From Octopus sinensis (lineage: Eukaryota), in the NCBI RefSeq assembly GCF_006345805.1, contig NC_043008.1, positions 19,778,001 to 19,842,000 of the forward strand: DNA of 64,000 bases, given 5' to 3'. This document shows, in pieces, positions 39,743 through 52,476 of this stretch. The notes below the pieces were generated by a model. The model ran no database searches and had not been told where the DNA came from. It worked only from the letters and a program-made list of their open reading frames with translations. The position numbers were made by a program, and so were the translations under genes. Each line of letters begins with the position of its first letter. The stretch's first letter is position 1.

Positions 39743-40194
39743 TATCAACATATAATTACCGACAACGAGAGTTGTTTCGTGTATTAAATAAAGGAAGATA
39801 TGCTACTCGTATCTGAAAGTATGTAGAAAATCTCGAGCTTCAAATATTTGCTCAAGCTGAAACTTATTCAATATAATTTATTAGAGTACTGGAGTCGCAG
39901 ATGTTGCATTAGCAGTTACTTCCTACTTTTAGACAGAGGTGGAAATCAACTTTCTGTCATAACTAACAACGCTATCAAATCCAGTAGAAATACAAAGGTA
40001 ACAACAATATTAGAAAAACAAAACCACATTCAAGGGAGCAAAACGGGCTAAATGTATTTTAGAATTAGAAAGCCTTATAAGAGTGTCAGAAATATATGCC
40101 AACACAAGCACAGATGGCGTATTCGCATGCGGTTAAGTCGACCATATTCAGTCCATCTTGTGAAGTCAGAGAAAAAATTGGAACATAGCAAATA

Positions 40195-40772
40195 CCTTCC
40201 AAAGGTCAACAGGAAAAAAAAAACTGAAAAATAGTTATCACCCCAGCACGAAAAACATCACCCCACCACAATTAAAATGAACAGCATTATGCATTTCCCA
40301 AAATATGTGGCCTTGTTATGTTCCTCTGTTGAAAATCAAAATTCAGAGGTCAACAGGAAAAAAAAATCTGACAAATAGTTATCACCCCACCACGAAAAAC
40401 ATCCCCTCACCACGATTTAAAACAACAGCATTGTGCATTTCCCAAAATATACGGCCTTGTTATGTCCTCGGTTGAAAATCAAAATCCAGATATCAACTGG
40501 AAAAAAAAACTGACAAAATAGTTATCACCCCAGCACGAAAAACATCACCCCACCACAATTAAAATGAACAGCATTATGCATTTCCCAAAATATACGGCCT
40601 TGTTATGTCCTCGGTTGAAAATCAAAATCCAGATATCAACTGGAAAAAAAAACTGACAAAATAGTTATCACCCCACCACGAAAAACATCACCACACCACG
40701 ATTAAAAACAGCAGCATTATGCCTTTCCCCAAAAGTTGTGGCCTTGATATGTCCTCGGTTGAAAAATCAAAA
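40195..40772. repeat. Four-copy tandem repeat, 143-144 bp period
   Basis: TCAAC(A/T)GGAAAAAAAA..TAGTTATCACCCC..CATTTCCCAAAAT..GGCCTTG..GTTGAAAATCAAAA starts at 40206, 40350, 40493 and 40636. Confidence 0.95.
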
Positions 40773-41489
40773 CCATTATTGTTAGTGAATTAGAGACATT
40801 AGAAACGATACAAAAGTCATAGTAACATCCTTCACTCATCTTGTTCTGAGTTACACTGAAGGTCAACATTCTCTTTTACAAGTATATCATCATTGAAATC
40901 GTTTATACTAAGCCAACAAAATATATAGCCATTTACTAATTTAAACATATCATAAATAGACAAACTACCAGCAACTGCAGACGTGATAAAAAATGAAAAT
41001 ATACAAATCTAGTATCATAAACGTTGAATTATAGCTTGATGTATATAACATGTCTAGGTATAAACATAAATGCCAAACTGTTCCTGTAGTTAAGCGCAAA
41101 CAAAATATACGATGTAAATAGAATATTTACATTAGTGGTGTAACGTTATGGGAATCGTTAAGGGTGAAATAAAATATTTAATTCAGTTAATATCAACGTT
41201 AGAGCGTATAAAAGCGGATTAGTTATAATTTACGTTTTATTCTCAATATATTTAGCAATGTTACATAATACGATAAACGGGACAGAAGCAGTCCTTCCAG
41301 CATTGGATAAAGTGTGTGGTCATATTGGTTCCGACATTGTAATCTTTGAGTTCAAATTTCAGTGATGTAAGCTATGACTTCCATCATTCCACTATCGATA
41401 AATTAACAGTCACATACTGGTGATAGATTATTATTATTTTTTCTTAATATCTGTTTCCAATACCTTCTCGTTCTTTCGGAATCGGTTAC

Positions 41490-41672
41490 AAACATGTCGG
41501 TGTGGCTAAGAAACTAACGTTGCAACAATGTGGTTTCGGCTTCTGTCTCACTTCACGCTATCTTAGATAAGTGTCTTGAATAGTTCCGGGGTGACCAAAG
41601 CGTTATGAGTGAATTTGATAGATCGAAATGTGTGGAAGCTCGTCCTGTATACTACATACATACATATATAAC

Positions 41673-41703
<31 letters not shown>

Positions 41704-41733
41704 GTTTATATATATATATATATATATATATAT

Positions 41734-41821
<88 letters not shown>

Positions 41822-42010
41822 TGTGTTTAGTTTTGCGTCTATCCTTACCATAGTTGGACAACTGGTGTTGGTTTTCTTATATCCAATAACCTAGCGATTC
41901 AGGGAAATATACATATAAAGTAAGCACCATACTGCAAAAATAGGTACAGAGGTCGATTTATCAGATTAAACTGTTCAGTAGGGCACTCAAGCATGGCCAC
42001 AGTCTAGTGA
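41490..42010 (+). mobile_element. Old CORE-like SINE with expanded microsatellite
   Basis: Degenerate head, AAGTGTCTT..GACCAAAGCGTTATGAGTGAATTTG, long (TA)n(TG)n, and CAAGCATGGCCACAGTC. Confidence 0.7.
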
Positions 42011-42449
42011 GTGACACACTTTAGAGAAAAAGGATAAAATTAATGCTTAGTGCTAGCAGAGGTTTGAGGGACTTAACAACCCCAAATAACTGAAAATCAT
42101 TACGCAAACCTGGTTTGTTGTGCTGGAAAGGAACCCGCGTAGGTGACATCCTGTAATAAGTTTAATAAGAATCAGCGTCGGGGCCCCTGCAAGTGTTTAG
42201 TGAACCAGATATATACAAGCCGTAAATGATCTCCGACACTCAAAGCAGGAGAAAATTGTATTTGACAAGAATATTTAGGCTTGAGTTCTTCTCAATAAGG
42301 ACTTTTGTGTGATTCTATACGAATCAAGAAAGTATCGACAATTTATCGGCATTTCCAGCTGCCCTTCAGGAACCCCAGATAATTTGCGCATCGATTCTTC
42401 AGGTAGAAACAGAAAAGAAACACATGCTTGGACAGAGTATACGCAAAAA

Positions 42450-42870
42450 CATTAACTCTTTTTTACTCTTTTACTGTTTTACTTGTTTCAGTCATTTGAC
42501 TGCGGCCATGCTGGAGCACACCCTTTAGTCGAGCAAATTGACCCCGGGACTTATTCTTTGTAAGCCCAGTACTTATTCTATCGGTCTCTTTTGCCGAACC
42601 GCTAGGTGACAGGGACGTAAACACACCAGCATCGGTTGTCGAGCGATGCTAGGGGGACAAGCACAGACACACAAACATACACACATATATATATACATAT
42701 ATACGACAGGCTTCTTTCAGTTTCCGTCTACCAAATCCACTCACAAGGCATTGGTCGGCCCGAGGCTATAGCAGAAGACACTTGCCCAAGATGCCACGCA
42801 GTGGGACTGAACCGGGAACCATGTGGTTGGTAAGCAAGCTAATTACAACACAGCCACTCCTGCGTCTATT
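42450..42870 (-). mobile_element. Full-length young CORE-like SINE
   Basis: Complete head, short microsatellite, 3' half and (AAAAGAGT)n tail. Confidence 0.9.
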
Positions 42871-44062
42871 AAGTTCACTAAATATATTATCTTTCTGTAG
42901 GTTTACGTATACAACCACACACACACACCAGCACACAAACGTAAGTGTTTCTATGTATGTTATTATTCATTTTTATTTCAAGATTTCCTGCCAATAGGGA
43001 AAGGCTCCTCATTGGAATTTCAACATCAACATCCGAGTATTTTGTATATATGTAAGTATGCAGGTACGTATGTATATATGTATGTATGTATACATGTATG
43101 TATGTATGTACGCATGTATGCATGCATGTATGTATGCATGTATGTATGTATGTAAGCATGTATGTAAGCATCTATGTATGTATGTAAGCATGTATGTATG
43201 TATGTATACCTGCATATTTATATATTTCGTTTTATGCATATCTTCTCATGCATATACATTCATATCTAAACTTATGTATCGGACTCCACAGCATCCATTA
43301 TATGTTTACAGATACATGTAATCAGTACAGATTTGTTAGTTACAGCGTGGAACTTATGTGAACACTGGTGCAGATATAGATATGAAACAAGAACAAAATG
43401 TGCCAAAAAGAACTCCCGTGAGGTAATCTTTCTGCCTGTGCTTTGTGCAGCAGCGAACGGAATTAAATAGAAAAACAAAGTATGGTAGTTTCTCTTATGC
43501 TACATAAAACATTGGTTGTAAATACATTCGGAAATGTAGTTGTACTCGACAAAAAGAAACACCTGGTTTGTAAGAATTTTAGCAAAGGAAGGAGTGTAAA
43601 ATAGCCAATGGAGGGAGCTTGCAAAGCCCGTCATATACTGTAACATCTGTTGTTTGTTGATAGTGATTCATATTGCGTTGCGATGACGCTTGGCGTCTCT
43701 TACATGAAGTCGGTGCAACATATTTCTAAACAGTTTAGACATGTTTTTTTTTTTCAACATTGTATCAATAAATCACTCTTGCATTCTATGAGTTTGTACT
43801 GTGTGTGTGTGATTAATAAAATTGTTATACATTCATCTTTAGCTGTTTAACACGAATCACAAATAAAATGTCTTCTGAAAAGTGTAGTCCGCTTAGAATT
43901 GTGGATCGGAGACAAAGTGTTTTACTTGAAGTTGCCAAGGGTCCTACAGTGAGAACTTGATGCTCAGTAATATTATGTCAGATAGTTATCTAAGTAAGGT
44001 AAGATTAAAGTTAACTTGTAGACGATGGAAAATGACTGCTGGGTAACTATTATATTAGAAAG

Positions 44063-44452
44063 ACTAGGCATTTTGACCCGTGCTTCGCTCGGGTTTTGGT
44101 GGTGGTGTTCTTTTTTGCGTGTTGTCTCCTTTTCACTTTCTTCTTTTGTTCATCTTCTTTGCCTGGTTCTTTTTTATTGCCCTCTTCTTTTTCTTTTTCT
44201 TTATTTTTTCTTCGTCTTTATCTTCTTTTTCTTCTTTATCTTCTTCCACTCTTTCTTTTGTCCTTCTCCCATATTCCTCACCATGGCAACCAAACGGTTG
44301 CCCCGAACGACTTGTAACCCTCTTCACAACATTGCCTAAACCATTTTACCCCCAGTGTAAATTTTAGCGCCAATCCGACCCCATCTACCGTCCCTTAAAC
44401 CGTTCCCATCAAACAACTTTTTCGCCTTTCAGCTTTATGGATATTGATTATG
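44063..44452 (+). mobile_element. Non-autonomous Helitron/Helentron-like element (Lep1/DINE-1-like architecture)
   Basis: Starts ACTAG plus hairpin ACCCGTGCTTCGCTCGGGT, has a central (TCT)-rich simple repeat, and ends CAAACAAC..CTTTCAGCTTTAT..ATATTGAT. Confidence 0.6.
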
Positions 44453-45126
44453 TTAGGAAGTAGTACTCCGTAACATAATCGTGATGAACACCTGTTGATT
44501 GTTACGAAAACTAGCTATTGCATATAGTTTATGATGAGAAAAAAAATTAGAAACCAAGGAAGTGTACTCAGTGAGAAATAAAAATGTGCTGCATGAGTGA
44601 AAGTAAGGAAGAACGCTTAATTGGGAGAGGTGAGGTGAGATAGAGCATTTCGGAAAGTTTTACAATGTTGCATATGGTAATTAGCATATGGTATTAGAGA
44701 AATACAGATTAATGTATTTGATATATTAACAGGAAATCTGATCCTAATATCGAAATATAGGCAAGAAAGATTCTAGGATAAATATAAAATTTAGTTATAC
44801 AATACGTAGTGGCGGATGAGAAATCAAGAATGCGAGGAGTGTCTTAGAAAGAGACACAATATGTTTGGTTATTTATGTCTCAGTGAAAGAGGATCCCTAC
44901 CATTTCAATGCACTGAATGTCTATGCAAAGAAAAACAAACTACCATTCCTCTACTCAAAGCTATTGAATTAAGATTCCATTCATATCATACACTATTCAG
45001 GTAAATGTAAAGATTTTAAACCAAGCTGTGAGTTGCCTTCTTGCTTTCAATTATCCAATAAACAAATATTTATTTAAATCGCCTTTAAATCTAAGAAAAA
45101 CATTACGATTAAACTAATGATATTTA

Positions 45127-45129
<3 letters not shown>

Positions 45130-45179
<50 letters not shown>

Positions 45180-45197
45180 AGAGAGAGAGAGAGAGAG

Positions 45198-45235
<38 letters not shown>

Positions 45236-45256
45236 GTAGGTAGGTAGGTAGGTAGG

Positions 45257-45289
<33 letters not shown>

Positions 45290-45323
45290 CGACAGATAGA
45301 TAGATAGGTAGGTAGATAGATAC

Positions 45324-45356
<33 letters not shown>

Positions 45357-45370
45357 CAGATAGATGGATT

Positions 45371-45402
<32 letters not shown>

Positions 45403-45403
45403 C

Positions 45404-45454
<51 letters not shown>

Positions 45455-45459
45455 GATAA

Positions 45460-45523
<64 letters not shown>

Positions 45524-45556
45524 GTAGGTAGATAGATAGATAGATAGAGAGATAGG

Positions 45557-45626
<70 letters not shown>

Positions 45627-45628
45627 TA
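45130..45628. repeat. Compound (TA)n(GA)n(GATA/GGTA)n microsatellite
   Basis: Directly visible; more than 100 GATA-type units. Confidence 0.97.
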
Positions 45629-46380
45629 TTGTATTAGCAATATCATTTATAAAAAATCTGAAGGTTAAATGAATTGGAAAAAACGCTAGAGGCATGTTTC
45701 TTTTGCTACAATTTAGTTACTAATGTCATGTAGTTGTTTCGGAACATGAAAAATGCAATTTTGTTCTGTTTTAATTGTTATTCCCATAAACCTCGTCTTT
45801 GTCTAAGTGATGCTTCTTTGTGCATGAACATTAGTCTCAATAAGGATTGTAATTATAAATATCTATTATGAGGTTTTCTTTTCGTAAAGATACGATTCGC
45901 TTTAAGGTAATGAAACAGGTGATTCGCAATTGTAACTAAATTATATTTCATACTGCTACTTGAATATCTAAACACAGGTGATTGGAATTTGTAATTAAAT
46001 TCTGATATTGATTTAATCTAAATAAAATGAAAGCAAAGAAATTCTATGACTCGAGACAAATACCCAAATAGTTCTAAATCTATAAACTTGTACTGAATCT
46101 CGTGAACAGAATACATTTTTATGCATGCACTTCTTAATAAACTATTGTTACAAACTTTAGTTTGCATTTCATCGTATTCCACGTACTACATGAAATGTAG
46201 TATATATGTCAAGCACATTTGCACTTTTACGACGGATTTTGGAAAAACATTAGGCAGCAAATATAATGTACAGGCGTACGTATTTCTGTGTAATAGTTTG
46301 AGAGTGTAGGTAGATATATAAAAACACGTACGTATGAATGTATTTATACATGGATATATTTAATACACACACACATACAA

Positions 46381-46455
<75 letters not shown>

Positions 46456-46500
46456 ATGCCTCTGTGTGTGTTTCTAGACATACACACAAAAATATATATG

Positions 46501-46560
<60 letters not shown>

Positions 46561-46619
46561 GTACGAATGTATGTATAAGTATACATATATGCATACATAC
46601 ATACGTACACACACACACA

Positions 46620-46650
<31 letters not shown>

Positions 46651-46841
46651 ATATATATATATAATAATATATATATATATATACGTAAAGTATACTAGCC
46701 ATTAATATGGCTAACCACTAAGGGTGGGTGTTACTGTAAATTTTAGCCCCAGGAGATCATCGTCTCCAGCTGGCTTTAGGCACACTATCCGTGCCCTTAT
46801 GGTATTTGCAAAGGGAGGTCATCCCTCTCTCGTAAGCTTAA

Positions 46842-46900
46842 GTGATACGCACGGACTGCAGTTTCGAGGTGTTTGCCTTTTGTCAACGCACGGTAATCAC
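46842..46900 (-). ncRNA. Type I hammerhead ribozyme, second copy with a G10.1-to-A change at 46879
   Basis: Reverse complement reads GTGATtacCGTGCG TTGACAA AAGG CAAACA CCTC GAA ACTGCAGT C CGTGCGtATCAC. Confidence 0.75.
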
Positions 46901-47077
46901 CGGTTTACGATGAAAAGGAATACCTGTTTGCAAATACTTATGGGTTTTTCTAGTAACTACTGGCACTGATTTCGAAAAACTGTCTGCAAGCAATAATAAA
47001 TCTTTGAACGAGATGTAAACAGTAACCGCTCGACAACGTAAAGTATACTAGCCATCAATATGGCTAACCACTAGCCG

Positions 47078-47136
47078 GTGATTACCGTGCGTTGACAAGA
47101 GGCAAACACCTCGAAACTGCAGTCCGTGCGTATCAC
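47078..47136 (+). ncRNA. Type I hammerhead ribozyme (U3:A8 variant, palindromic stem III); predicted cleavage after GUC at 47124
   Basis: GTGAT tac CGTGCG | TTGACAA | GAGG CAAACA CCTC | GAA | ACTGCAGT | C | CGTGCG t ATCAC. Stems I, II and III all pair around the catalytic core. Confidence 0.85.
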
Positions 47137-47341
47137 TTAGGTTTACGAGAGAGGGATGACCTCCCTTTGCAAATACCATAAGGGCACAGATATAGTGCCT
47201 AAAGCCAGCTGGAGACGATGATCTCCTGGGGCTAAAAGCTACAGTAACACCCACCCTTAGTGGTTAGCCATATTGATGGCTAGTATACTTTACGTTGTCG
47301 AGCGGTTACTGTTTACATCTCGTTCAGAGATTCATTATTGC

Positions 47342-47880
<539 letters not shown>

Positions 47881-47970
47881 AAACGTCATGTATTTACATA
47901 TACATATACATATACATACATACATACATAAAGAAACACACGAAGACACACACACACACACATACACACA

Positions 47971-50511
47971 CAGGTATACCTCGCTTTAAGTCGTTTCGAT
48001 TTAAGTTCTCGATTATACATCGGTTTTCAAAAATAATATATGGAAAAATATAAATCAAGTAAAGTCATTTTACCCGACTTTTCGTCTGTCTGCCACAAAT
48101 TTTGAATCGTAAAATCACTAGGAAACCGTTAAAAGGACATAGAATCGTGGTACTGTACAGTAAATAAGAATAAAAGCATGAAAAATCATGATAAAATACG
48201 TACAGTAAATGTTAAGATACACACCATACAGTAGTCTAGCTTAGTGAACGAAATCCTGAAATCGGCTGTGTTGTCTTATTTATCGGTCTTTCGGAGCTCA
48301 TATTACACTGTAGTTTTAATATCTACCGTTAGGCGTCGTTGTCATTCGTGATTCCCAATATTGTTTTCAATTCAGACTTGGTTACGTGTATTTATCGGCT
48401 ACTTTCTCATTCTCATTCATTTATGACTTTATTCCTTGCCCCCATGGCTCCTGAAAAAATTCATAGTGAAAGTGCTAAGCGTCATGCTATAACGCTGGAA
48501 GATATACTGGCTATGATAAATGCTATGGAAAAGGCGAAAAAGTGGTAGCAATTGCAGCATTATTTGGGATGAGTTGGACAACTGTATCGACGATTGTAAA
48601 TAATAAGGATAATATTTTAGTACATATCATATCTGAAGCCCCATGGCTGAAGAACATTGTCATTAATAAGAAAAGAGGCAAAATCTTAGAAGAAATGGAA
48701 ATCTTTCTTTCACTTTCGATTGTTAGGTTGAATCGATAGTCAAGAAACCACTCAAGAGAAAGCGGTGTCTTTGAGGACGTGAAGAAAAACTATCGAGATG
48801 AAAAAGATGTAGAGTTCAAGGCAAGTCAAAGATGGTTCATGAGATTTAAGGAGCGAAGGCGTTATCACTCCATTATGAAGCAAGGTGAAAGTGCATCTGC
48901 TGATGAACAAGCAGCAGCAGAATTCCCTAAAGCAGTAAAGAAAATCATCGAAGTAAACGGCTTTCTTTCCGAACAGATTTTTCCCGTAAGCGAAACTGGA
49001 TTGTATTGGAAAAAAGTGCCAGGCCGTTCATTCATTTCGAAGGAGGAGAAAACTATTCCAGGCTACAAGGTCTCAAAACAACGCATGATCATTATGTTGG
49101 GAGGTAATTGTGCAGGAGATTTTAAGTTGTGTAACATGCACACAACCACCGTGCCCTGAAGGACATAGCCAAGGCATCCCTCCCTGTCAGGCCGATGGCT
49201 AAATAAAAGGATGGTTTAATTAATTCATCTCAGCATCAGAGAACTAGGAGTAGGGAAGGTTTTACTTATCTCAGATATTGATCCTGGCCACTCGCAAAAC
49301 ATCATAGATTTTGACCCAAAGTTACTGTCCTATACCTCCCAACAGAACACCTCGTCTCTTCTGCAGCCAATGTATCAGGGAATAATTGCTATCTTCAAGC
49401 GTTACTATTTGAAGCGTACGCTGCGGGAAGCAATAGCTGCAACTGATTGTGATGAGTCCATCACACTTCATGACTTTTGGAAGAGATACGATATCTATAA
49501 GGCTGTATAGAATATCACGGCGGCATGGATTAATATACGGAGTAAGACTATGAATGGTCTATGGAAGAAGCTATGCCCGCAATTTATGAAAGAATTTAAG
49601 GGGTTTGAAAATGTTGCCATCAACAAAATGTTGCTGACTACGAGCAAAGGACTGGAAATGGATTTCGAGGAGAAGGATTTCACAGATATATATGTGAAAG
49701 ACAAGCAGCCCCAAACAAACCAAGATTTGATAGAGTTTCACGAGCAAAAAATTAAATCAGAAGAGGAAGTAGAACCTGAGCCATGTCACTTTACCATTAA
49801 GAAAACGCAGCAAGCATTTGCATATATCGAAAAAGGTCTTTCTATGTTCGAAGATATGGATCCAAGTGCTCTCAACGCTTTTCCAAGTTTATGGGGGCTT
49901 GTCACAAAACTTTTACTCCTTATAATGTAATCCTTGAGGAAAAGAAGAAGGCAGTTCAAGGACCTCTCAGCCGGTTTTTTAAGCTCATCGAACAACAAGA
50001 ACAGCCAGCGTCAGCTGTTGATGTTTACGATACACAGCCATCTACATATGCGATGTAAACCACCAAATTGTATGTACATATTGGTAAGTTTAAAGTAATG
50101 TTTTTTTTTTACTTTTGCAAAATAATAATAATGACTGAATTGGTTTTTTTATAGCTCTAAAAACGTTTTTATTGAACCATGTCTTATTGCAAACCACATT
50201 CATGAATGAAGCGTCTGCGATGTACAGTAAACACCGCCAAATAGTATTCGTAAATTTAGATTCCTTTTTTTTACTGTACTGTACTGTATCAAAACATTTT
50301 TTAAATATTTGTTTGTAAGCTTAAAATAGTTTTTTATTAACCATGTATTATTGAAAATGCATTCATAAGTAAAGTACAGAACTGGGAATGGTTATTATCA
50401 GTTTAGACGAGAGAAAGTTAATTCGACTTAAGGCGCTTTAGACGTCAGTCGTTTTTCGACATAAGTCGTGTCTCCTAGAACCAATTAGCGAGATAGGGTG
50501 AGATATGCCTA
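47971..50511 (+). mobile_element. Near full-length decayed Tigger1-like (pogo family) DNA transposon, ~2.54 kb; transposase about 48444-50057 with frameshifts
   Basis: Left TIR CAGGTATACCTCGCTTTA and right GGGTGAGATATGCCT. HTH region (AITLED..GMSWTTVSTIV), FKASQRWFMRFKERR, QIFPVSETGLYWKKVP..SKEEKTIPGYK, and LWKKLCPQF. Confidence 0.92.
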
Positions 50512-50519
50512 TATATACA

Positions 50520-51020
50520 TGGCGGAAACTGTCCGCGAACTTCATGACATCTCCTTGTATTGCCCCTGCCTTCTCCATCCCACGCCTAACTACCAAGACG
50601 GTCCTCTATTATACAATACTTCACTTCCTCTCACCGTCTCACTCCCAACGCCTCCAACCTCATTGTCCGCACTCCATGCATCCCTGCCATTTACTTTCTT
50701 CCCATAATTCCCAATCCCCCAAACCCTTGCAGCCTCATTGTCTCCGCCTGTAACTGCTCCACGGAATTGATCTTAAAATGCCTCGAACGTGTATCAAGAG
50801 TCTATATACGGTGATCCCACGCAACGAAGGACTTCTTGCACTCAAACACTTCGACACAACCCCCAACCTGACACCTCTACACTTCTTCGTCTGGCCGAAC
50901 TTGTTCTCTTCCTCAACTGCTTCTTGTCTGCGAGGGATTTTTACCGACATATCTCAGGAGTTACCATGGGAACAAGAATGGGCCCCAACTATGCCACCGT
51001 GTTCGTTAGGTACGTCAAAA
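50520..51020 (+). mobile_element. Penelope-like element reverse transcriptase remnant (internally deleted)
   Basis: PAIYFLP..IVSACNCSTELI, SLYTVIPRNEGLLALKHF, and TLLRLAELVLFLNCF..YRHISGVTMGTRMGPNYA match PLE RT motifs. Confidence 0.85.
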
Positions 51021-51067
51021 TATTTAAACACAATAATTAATTTTAATTGGTGGGGTATATACCAAGA

Positions 51068-51440
51068 GTGGAGGCGCAATGGCCCAGTGGTTAGGGCAGC
51101 GGTCATAGGATCGCGGTTTCGATTCCCAGACCGGGCGTTGTGAGTGTTTATTGAGCGAAAACACCTAAAGCTCCACGAGGCTCCGGCAGGGGATGGTGGT
51201 GATCCCTGCTGTACTCTTTCACCACAACTTTCTCTCACTCTTACTTCCTGTTTCTGTTGTACCTGTATTTCAAAGGGCTGGCCTTGTCACTCTCTGTGTC
51301 ACGCTGAATATCCCCGAGAACAACGTTAAGGGTACACGTGTCTGAGGAGTGCTCAGCCACTTACACGTTAATTTCACGAGCAGGCTGTTCCGTTGATTCG
51401 GATCAACCGGAACCCTCATCGTCGTAACAGACGGAGTGCG
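51068..51440 (+). mobile_element. tRNA-derived SINE (third family)
   Basis: Matches the reverse complement of 39363-39742, with a short deletion in the anticodon arm. Confidence 0.9.
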
Positions 51441-52229
51441 TCCATCCACATATACCAATACGATTCTGATAGTGTATAGTGCGCCGAGTTAAATAAACTT
51501 AGGTTAAGCTTACAGCGACTCATGGAGCGTATTACTCAATCAGTGGAAAATATTATTTAGCAAGGCAGAGCTAAATATTTAATGACTTGCTAATTTTCAA
51601 GACTGAATTATTAACACCATATTATATTACTTCTAAAGAATTTTAAAATAACTCGACAAAAAATAGTAATCAAAAGCTAATTATAAAACTATGCTTCATT
51701 ACGTCAGTAAAATCGTTCTAGTTTAGAAAATAAGAATAATTATTTGCTAAAATGACTTCATAATCGAGCCATACTTACTAGATACTGATTTAAGCATAAA
51801 TAGTTTCCGATCAGTTGCAAGCTTCCCGTGCTACTGAGATAAAAAGAAATTAAATATTGAAGGTGGTTCGAAACGGTAATCACTAAACTTCGTTTAAATA
51901 ATTAAAACTGGCATATCCTTTTTATTAAATTTAGTTTTTTTTAACCCAGTTGCTCATAAATATGCTGATATATTTTCTCGCCAGAAAGATTAATTGCGTG
52001 ATATTCATAATAGGAAATATGAACATTTTATAGGATTATTTCAAAAGAACAGCAAACGTGGGGAGTATAGATATTCTTTAAAAAGATGTTTGAAATTGCA
52101 GTTTTTTATTGCACCCAATATGCGGGTGGGCAGATATCACCAACATCTCAAGCATCGTTGAGAAGTCTGTACAGGCTTGGAGTCAATTGCGTCAAAAGTC
52201 ATATGTAACAACAACAATATATATATATA

Positions 52230-52430
52230 TATACAAAATGTGACCTCGTGTGTACCGTTGGCGATTTTTTCCCTCTGCCTTCCCTTCTCTGGATCTTTCC
52301 GTCTCCTATGTTTCCGACGAAGAGCTCCGCTCGAAACGTTAAACCCTCCTTCTTTCCTGAGAGTCCAATAATACTATATTTGTTCCACGTCCTCGCGTCG
52401 TTGTGTTTTTTGTGCTTTCTTGTTTGGATT
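52230..52430 (+). mobile_element. Penelope-like terminal repeat fragment
   Basis: Pyrimidine-rich segment containing a minimal hammerhead, in the same orientation as the PLE RT remnant 1.2 kb upstream. Confidence 0.6.
52310..52344 (+). ncRNA. Minimal type I hammerhead motif (PLE type), U4C variant
   Basis: GTTT CCGACGA A GAGC TCC GCTC GAA ACGT T AAAC: 4-bp stem I, 4-bp stem II, palindromic ACGT stem III. Confidence 0.65.
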
Positions 52431-52435
52431 AACTT

Positions 52436-52476
<41 letters not shown>

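Larger units (their letters stand above)
46683..47341. mobile_element. Retrozyme/Penelope-terminal-repeat-like non-coding element: 1.1 copies of a 353-nt unit (minus sense, 46683-47073) joined head-to-head to a 268-nt copy (plus sense, 47074-47341), within (TA)n
   Basis: ACGTAAAGTATACTAGCC recurs at 46683 and 47036. 47074-47341 is the reverse complement of the unit. Each arm carries a hammerhead motif. Confidence 0.85.

Noticed and set aside
40195-40772. CRISPR-like array
   Set aside because: Whole units are repeated with no unique spacers, and the context is eukaryotic.
45074-45695. 190-aa ORFs of IYLS repeats
   Set aside because: These are the translation of a (GATA)n tract.
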